DNA of 64,000 bases. Origin: an uncultured Collinsella sp. (lineage in GTDB: Bacteria; Actinomycetota; Coriobacteriia; Coriobacteriales; Coriobacteriaceae). Below, piece by piece: positions 58,310 to 64,000 of this stretch (positions within the stretch are counted from its first letter, which is position 1; each line of letters starts with the position of its first letter). The notes below the pieces were generated by a model. The model saw only the letters and a list, made by a program, of their open reading frames with translations. It ran no database searches and was not told where the DNA came from. Where the stretch lies: contig CATZMG010000001.1 of NCBI GenBank assembly GCA_958421655.1, positions 13,639-77,638 of the forward strand, written 5' to 3'. A program made the translations under genes and the position numbers.

Positions 58310-60000
58310 TCGTACCCGTTAAGTTTACCTACGCCTCGCGCGACCTGTGGTTCGACCCGCAGGATCTGGATATCCTCGAGGCCGATTATGCCATTTGCTC
58401 CACCGAGCGCGGAACCGAGATCGGCCTGGTCACGGCCGATCCCTTCGAGGTGCCGCAAGACGAGATCGGTCAGCCACTCAAGCCCGTGCTGCGCGTAGCG
58501 AGCGACATCGACCTGCAGCTTGCCGATGACCTGGCTATCCAGGGTGACGAGGCCATGGTCGATTTCCGTCGTCTGGTCAAGGAGCTCGACCTCGAGATGA
58601 AGCCGGTCGGCGTCGAGTACCTGTTTGGCGGCGAGAAGGCTGTGTTCTACTTTGCTGCCGAGGAGCGCGTCGATTTCCGTCAGCTCGTCAAGGACCTGTC
58701 CTCGACGCTGCACATTCGCGTCGACATGCGCCAGATCGGCGTGCGCGACGAGACCCGCCTGGTGGGCGGCTATGCCCAGTGCGGCCAGGAGCTCTGCTGC
58801 ACGCGCTTTGGCGGACAGTTTGAGCCGGTTTCGATTCGCATGGCAAAAGAGCAGGACCTGCCACTCAACTCGTCCAAAATTAGCGGCGTCTGCGGCCGCC
58901 TGATGTGCTGCCTGCGCTACGAGTTCGAGGCGTACAAGGACTTTAAGAGCCGCGCGCCCAAAAAGAAGACGCTTATCGATACGCCGCTTGGCAAGGCGCG
59001 TATCCAGGAATATGACACGCCGCGCGAGCAGCTGGTGTTGCGCCTGGAGAACGGCAAAGTCTTTAAGGTCAACCTGGCTGACATGACCTGCTCTGAGGGC
59101 TGCAAAAAGAAGGCCGCCGAGCAGGGCTGCAACTGCCGCCCCGACTGCGTGACGCGCGATGTGCTCGAGCGTATCGAGTCGCCCGAGATGCGCTTGGCGC
59201 TTATGGAGCTCGACCGCGAGAATGGCGTCGACGTGGGCGATGGCCTGTCGAGCGCCGACCGTCTGGCGGGGACGACGATGCCCAAGCGCCGCCGTCGCGA
59301 TGCGGACGCCGATGCCCGTGCCGGTCAGAGCCAGGGCGAGGGTCGCGGCCGCGGTAAGGGTCGCGGCAAGGCCGAGGCACCCGAGGCTGAGGAGGCTGCC
59401 GGTGGACGTCGCCGTCGCAAGCGCTCGGGTTCGGGCGATGTAGGCGAGGCCGCTCCCGCAGGCAAGAATTCCCCCCGCGAGCGCGAGGCTCAGCAGCCCC
59501 AGCAGCAAAACCGCGGCGGTGGCATGAATCCCACGCGCCGTCGCCGCCGCCATTTGTCGAGCGAGGAGCGCGAGGACGCCTTCCGCGCCGCAGCCGCTCG
59601 CGAAGCCGGTGCCGCCCCCAAGGGTGGTTCGGGTTCCGATACGCCTGCCGACAAGGGTGGCAAGCAGCGCAACGATGACGAGCGCGCCCCGCGTCCGCGT
59701 CGTCGCCATTCCTCGGGCACGCAGCAAAAGCCCTCGGTGCCCTCCGTGGCCGATCAGGTCTCGGATGGCGAGGTCAAGGTCACGCACCGTCGCCCTGGAG
59801 ATGGCGGAGGGGCGGCTGCCAAGGCCGCGCGCGGCGCTGCTCGCGACGAACGCGAGTCGCGCGAAGATCGTGGTGGCGAGGGTTCGGCCGACCAGGGCCA
59901 GAAGCGCCGTCGCCGTCGTCGTTCCCGCAAGCCGCGTCAAGATGGTGGCGAGGGCTCGACCCAAAACTCGTCCGCACCGCAACCGCCCACCGGCGAATAG
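58300..60000 (+). CDS. ricT: PSP1-domain protein RicT/YaaT with long Arg-rich C-terminal tail
   Basis: RVDFR.LV, RQIGVRD, CG..LCC, SIRMAK.Q, SG.CGRLMCCL.YE motifs. Confidence 0.9.
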   Translation: MPLVVPVKFTYASRDLWFDPQDLDILEADYAICSTERGTEIGLVTADPFEVPQDEIGQPLKPVLRVASDIDLQLADDLAIQGDEAMVDFRRLVKELDLEMKPVGVEYLFGGEKAVFYFAAEERVDFRQLVKDLSSTLHIRVDMRQIGVRDETRLVGGYAQCGQELCCTRFGGQFEPVSIRMAKEQDLPLNSSKISGVCGRLMCCLRYEFEAYKDFKSRAPKKKTLIDTPLGKARIQEYDTPREQLVLRLENGKVFKVNLADMTCSEGCKKKAAEQGCNCRPDCVTRDVLERIESPEMRLALMELDRENGVDVGDGLSSADRLAGTTMPKRRRRDADADARAGQSQGEGRGRGKGRGKAEAPEAEEAAGGRRRRKRSGSGDVGEAAPAGKNSPREREAQQPQQQNRGGGMNPTRRRRRHLSSEEREDAFRAAAAREAGAAPKGGSGSDTPADKGGKQRNDDERAPRPRRRHSSGTQQKPSVPSVADQVSDGEVKVTHRRPGDGGGAAAKAARGAARDERESREDRGGEGSADQGQKRRRRRRSRKPRQDGGEGSTQNSSAPQPPTGE

Positions 60001-60102
60001 CGCCCGCAAACGGATTTAACCTGCCTGACCCCAAACGCGTCGGGGTACCATAGCGCTGAATCAACGACCCTCCCTGCGACCGAGCGTAGGGAGGGTTGTG
60101 TC

Positions 60103-60909
60103 GTGAAGAGACATTTGAATGTGTTGGGATGCCTGCAAGGTGCCGACATCCTACCGTTTGCGGATGAATTGCTACCGTTTGCCGAGCGGGCGGCGCACGA
60201 GGCGCTTGAGGCGTTGTCGCCCACGCGATGCGCCGGCTGCGAGCGCGCCGGTGCGCTTATTTGCCAAGACTGCCTGGCCGCGCTCGCGCTCATCGACCCG
60301 CGGCATAGCTGCACTCGATGCGGCGCCCCGTTTGGAGACTTGCTGTGCACCGAGTGCTCGGTCGAGGGTACGCCCTCGGCGATGGCCGAAGCTCTCGACC
60401 GGTGCCTGGCATGTGCCGTTTACACGCATCCGCTGCCGCGGATCATTAAAGCGTACAAAGACGCGGGCGAGCGACGCCTGGCGCCGTATCTGGCAGAGCT
60501 GCTATACGACACCGCCTTACATGCCCAGGTCGCGGCACCCGAACGCTTAGGCGGTGTGTTGTCCGGCGCCGATGCAGTGGTGTTTGTGCCCGCGACGGCG
60601 GCGGCGTTTCGGCGACGCGGCTTCGATCATATGGAAGCCATCGCGCGCCCATTTTGCGAGTTGTCGGGTGTTCCGCTGCTCGACGCCCTCGTTAAGTACG
60701 GCCATGGCGACCAGCGTGAACTCGGTCGTGAAGAGCGCCGTGAACGCGCCCGAGGCATGTACGAGACCGTTGAGGACGTGCGGGGCCGCCGCCTGCTGCT
60801 TATCGACGACGTTATCACCACGGGTGCGACGATGGCAGTGGCTTCGGCGGAACTCAAGCGCGCCGGTGCCGCGGCCGTTGATGGCCTCGCTATCGCACGC
60901 GTTTGGTAG
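60103..60909 (+). CDS. comF: ComF family protein (zinc ribbon and PRTase fold)
   Basis: CxxC pairs, RRGFD, LLIDDVITTGAT motifs. Confidence 0.92.
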   Translation: MKRHLNVLGCLQGADILPFADELLPFAERAAHEALEALSPTRCAGCERAGALICQDCLAALALIDPRHSCTRCGAPFGDLLCTECSVEGTPSAMAEALDRCLACAVYTHPLPRIIKAYKDAGERRLAPYLAELLYDTALHAQVAAPERLGGVLSGADAVVFVPATAAAFRRRGFDHMEAIARPFCELSGVPLLDALVKYGHGDQRELGREERRERARGMYETVEDVRGRRLLLIDDVITTGATMAVASAELKRAGAAAVDGLAIARVW

Positions 60910-60920
60910 GGGTGATTCGT

Positions 60921-62030
60921 GTGGCGGTAACAATCAGGCAGTGTGACAAACCGACAAAAGAGCAGCTAGCGGCTTCCGTGATCCTGACGGGCGCCTCGGC
61001 GTTGCGTATGATGCGCGCCGAGCGCCGGCAGATGGGCTACGTCGGCTGGAAGGACCTTGAGCCCGAGGAGGAGCGCCGCGTGCTGTGTGCGTCATCGCCT
61101 TCGACCGAGGATATTTATCTTTCCGACCTGGTTCGAATTGGAGCCAAAAGCGGCGAGGTGCAAGAAGATCTGTGCTTGCTGGTGGGATCTGCGGTGCAGC
61201 GCCGCCGCATGCCTGGCGTGGACTGGTCCGTGTGCTCCGGGTTGCCTGCCGGCTCGATTCTAGAGGTGGAACCGGGGATGTACAGCCTATCTCCCGAGGC
61301 CCTTTGTGTTGCCGTCGCTCGCGAGGTCGGCTGTATCCAGGCGTTTGCCCTGGCCCAGGAACTGTGTTCCAAGATTTCACTGAGCGATCGCGGGAAGTAT
61401 CTACCTCCCTATACCTCGCCTGTTGCGAATAGACTTGCAAAGGACAAGGACCAACCGGCAGACGTGGGCTACTTTGAAGTCGAGCCGGTGCTGACGCCCG
61501 ATCGCCTGGCAGATTACCTTGCGGCATGCAAAGGGAATGTGGCCAAACAGCTGCTGCGCCTGTGTTCCTACCTGTCGGAAAACCTGCTCTCGCCCATGGA
61601 GTGCATCATGCTCGCTCTGTTTTCGCTTCCGTTTTCCTATGGCGGATTTGCCTGCGGTCCCTTTAAGACCGACTACAAGATCGAGTTCGATGACCGCGCG
61701 CAGGCAATCTCGGGGATGCCGCATGCAGTTTGCGATGCGTATCAGGAAGAAGCTCGGTTTGACCTGGAATACAACGGTGAGCTGGGCCATTCCTCCCGGA
61801 GGGGACGTATCCATGATGAAAAACGCAACACGGGCTTGATTACTATGGGAATCGAGGTCGCGACGGTCAACAACGAAATGCTCTGCGACATGGAAGCGAT
61901 GGAAGCGCTCGCATGGCGCATCAACCAGCGTATGGGTAAGCGGTACCGGAATCGTGTCGATGCCCGCAGGAAGAAGCAAGAGGCGTTATTTAACACGCTG
62001 CGGGCGTGTTTTGGGCTTAAACCTGCCTAA
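60921..62030 (+). CDS. Hypothetical protein with AbiEi-like N-terminus and Vsr/DUF559-like nuclease C-terminus
   Basis: SPE..., ELC, SPME, CD...LEYNG..H.......D..R...L...G..V..V pattern. Confidence 0.65.
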   Translation: MAVTIRQCDKPTKEQLAASVILTGASALRMMRAERRQMGYVGWKDLEPEEERRVLCASSPSTEDIYLSDLVRIGAKSGEVQEDLCLLVGSAVQRRRMPGVDWSVCSGLPAGSILEVEPGMYSLSPEALCVAVAREVGCIQAFALAQELCSKISLSDRGKYLPPYTSPVANRLAKDKDQPADVGYFEVEPVLTPDRLADYLAACKGNVAKQLLRLCSYLSENLLSPMECIMLALFSLPFSYGGFACGPFKTDYKIEFDDRAQAISGMPHAVCDAYQEEARFDLEYNGELGHSSRRGRIHDEKRNTGLITMGIEVATVNNEMLCDMEAMEALAWRINQRMGKRYRNRVDARRKKQEALFNTLRACFGLKPA

Positions 62031-62064
62031 CAATGCTCTGAAACAGGGGGTTTGATATATGCTC

Positions 62065-62282
62065 TGGCCAAAATATAGCAAATATGAGTACTGTTACAAA
62101 TTCAGTAACAGCAAAATCAGGGATTTTGGGACTGGAAGATGGCGTAAATTAGAAAGATATTAAACAAATGTGGAATATCTCGGCATCAATCTGACGTTAT
62201 AGAGCGCGAAAACTGCTTGCAGAGCCAAAAAACTCCTGCTACTAAATTGGTAACAGTACTCATATTTGCTATTTTTTGGCCA
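62065..62282. mobile_element. 218-bp AT-rich MITE-like element with ~47-bp terminal inverted repeats, copy 2
   Basis: TGGCCAAAATATAGCAAATATGAGTACTGTTACAAATTCAGTAACAG versus the right-end reverse complement TGGCCAAAAAATAGCAAATATGAGTACTGTTACCAATTTAGTAGCAG. Confidence 0.7.
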
Positions 62283-62405
62283 CGGCACCCTGAGACGGGT
62301 GCCCCGGAGCTCCCCGTAGGGGGAGCTCCGGGCTTCATGGGGGGCACGAATAGTCCGCTCCGACCTGCAAAATCTGTGCTCACGGTGCGAATGACGCCCT
62401 TAACC

Positions 62406-62434
62406 TTAAACTTTAGCTTGAACTTAGCTATAAT
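62406..62434 (+). promoter_or_regulatory. Sigma-70-type promoter of the raiA-motif RNA
   Basis: TTAAAC-N17-TATAAT ending 7 nt before the RNA 5' end. Confidence 0.65.
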
Positions 62435-62441
62435 GCGCTAC

Positions 62442-62706
62442 GTTCCTGCCAGGCTGTGGTTGCGGACGGACGAAATGTCCATCCTAGTCCAAGACAGACG
62501 CGGTCAAAGGGATCCACGTAAGCGACCGCGTGCGCGCGGCGCGATCATGGCGCGTCCTAGATGTAAGCCGCACCGTCCGTTCTACTTTCTTTGGGGCAAT
62601 ACCGCCTCGCGGGCGAGCGGGCCAGTCGTGAAGGTGGCTACGGCCTCCCGAGCAAACACCCCGGTGCGCAAGTGTGGGGTCAAATACCAGGTCAGCTGGT
62701 GGGAAC
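62442..62706 (+). ncRNA. raiA motif RNA
   Basis: Blocks GUGGUUG, GAUCCACGUAAG, CAUGG..G..CUAGA.GUAAG, GGCGAG, AGUGUGGGGUCAAA.ACCAGGUCA match the family as I recall it; closing stem GUUCCUGCCAG/CUGGUGGGAAC; comF upstream and binding-protein gene downstream. Confidence 0.85.
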
Positions 62707-62765
62707 AACCCGTTATTCCGCGCAATGCACGGATTGTATACGACACAGAAGGCAGGGTAGTGGAC

Positions 62766-63776
62766 ATGGTGAGGGGCAGCTTGATGCACGCGGCTCGGTT
62801 AGGCGCTGGGACCGCGGCGGTCATTGCCGTATTGGGCTTGAGCGGATGCGCGTTCAATCCGCTGTCCACGTTCACGACGCCCACGATTGACCAGATCGAG
62901 CGCGAGACCGTTACCCCTACAGTGTCGGACGATGCCCTGGTCACTCCCGGTACCCTGACGGTTGCCCTCGATACCTCCGATGCCCCGCAGGCCATGCAGG
63001 GCGCCGATGGCAACCTCACGGGCTACGCAGTTGACGCTGCCCGCGCCCTTGCAAGCCGCATGGGCCTTAAGGTTGCCTTCGTCGATGCGTCTTCTGCCGA
63101 TTCCGTGCTTGGTGACAAAAAGGCCGACATCTTCATTGGCGACATCAACTCCACGGATGGTGATGTCAGCACGCTTGGTACTTGCCTGTACGACGCTGCG
63201 GCAGTGTTCGGAAAGACGAGCGACGGCGAGTCGCTGAGCGTTTCCACCGAAACGCTTAACACCGCTACCCTGGGCGTTCAGACCTCCTCGGCCTCGCAGG
63301 AAGCGCTCGCCAAGCAGAGCATCACGGCCAATCAAAAGACCTTCTCCAACATCAACGAGTGCTTTGAGGCGCTCGAGTCCGGCGAGATCGACTACGTGAT
63401 TTGCGACTCCACGGCCGGCGGCTACCTTGCGCGCCTGATGAGCCAGATCTCTTACGTCGGCGCGCTCGAGACGCCCTCGACGCTCGGCGTCGCGGGCCTC
63501 GCGGCCAACGATGAACTATGCCGTGCCGTGAGCGATGCCCTCGACGGTATCACGGTCGATGGCACGCTCGAGGCGGTCCACTCCGTCTGGTACGGCACGA
63601 TGCCCTATGATCTCACCACCAAGACGGTCTCGGGCGCCGACGTGCAGTCGACCGAGACCGGATCCAGCGAGTCCGCATCCTCCGATTCGAGCAGCGAGGG
63701 TACAACCTCCGAGGATAAATCGTCCAGCCAGGAGGGCACTATCACCGACGACGACATTAACAAGCTCAATAGCTAG
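62766..63776 (+). CDS. Substrate-binding lipoprotein (SBP family 3-like)
   Basis: Lipobox LSGC, GTLTVA, G..VD...ALA..MGL motifs; Ser-rich tail. Confidence 0.85.
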   Translation: MVRGSLMHAARLGAGTAAVIAVLGLSGCAFNPLSTFTTPTIDQIERETVTPTVSDDALVTPGTLTVALDTSDAPQAMQGADGNLTGYAVDAARALASRMGLKVAFVDASSADSVLGDKKADIFIGDINSTDGDVSTLGTCLYDAAAVFGKTSDGESLSVSTETLNTATLGVQTSSASQEALAKQSITANQKTFSNINECFEALESGEIDYVICDSTAGGYLARLMSQISYVGALETPSTLGVAGLAANDELCRAVSDALDGITVDGTLEAVHSVWYGTMPYDLTTKTVSGADVQSTETGSSESASSDSSSEGTTSEDKSSSQEGTITDDDINKLNS

Positions 63777-63842
63777 TTATTGCTAGGGGTGGCGTCTCCT
63801 ATGCGCTAGGAGAGACGCCTCTTCACGGTTTCAACACGCATT

Positions 63843-63881
63843 GCCGGGCTTTCCCAACAGGGGAGCCCGGCTTTTTCGTTT
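63843..63881 (+). terminator. Intrinsic terminator
   Basis: GCCGGGCTTTCC-CAACA-GGGGAGCCCGGC-TTTTT. Confidence 0.75.
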
Positions 63882-64000
63882 CCATAAAACCAGCAGGTCA
63901 AGGACATTTTTTAGGTGCAAAACCAAAGTCGTCGTCGCCCTCCCATAGCGCACTTTGCCACAGAAAAGTGCGAGACTTCGGTATGCGGTATCAAGCAATC

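Noticed and set aside
62217..62765. N-terminal extension of the 519-aa ORF
   Set aside because: It runs through the repeat element, promoter and raiA RNA; the lipoprotein signal peptide places the start near 62766.

Overview
High-GC chromosomal region, mostly core genes. Gene content and protein style suggest Coriobacteriia (Collinsella-like), which is inference only. In order: the end of a mannose-family PTS operon with an FrlC-like epimerase; a histidine operon that starts with a fused HisZ-HisG gene; a convergent PHP histidinol phosphatase; larC2-yfcE-mazG; eno-ftsB-ppx; tRNA-Leu(TAA) with a 196-bp duplication of its 3' end; two two-component systems; gluQRS; purH; a PucR/ornithine cyclodeaminase-like/aminotransferase islet; uppP; pcrA; manA/GntR/ROK; ppaC; nhaA; tatB-tatC-hypA-hypB-topA; and tmk-holB-ricT-comF. 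The window ends with an AbiEi/DUF559-like gene, a MITE-like element, a raiA-motif ncRNA and a substrate-binding lipoprotein. I found no CRISPR array, integrase or transposase. The main unexplained signal is at least four families of dispersed intergenic palindromic (REP/REPIN/MITE-like) elements. The best-preserved long element lies directly behind the DUF559-like nuclease gene, which sits between comF and the raiA RNA. Also flagged are a candidate C-rich sRNA and a structured nhaA leader. All coordinates were read by eye, and start codons are estimates.
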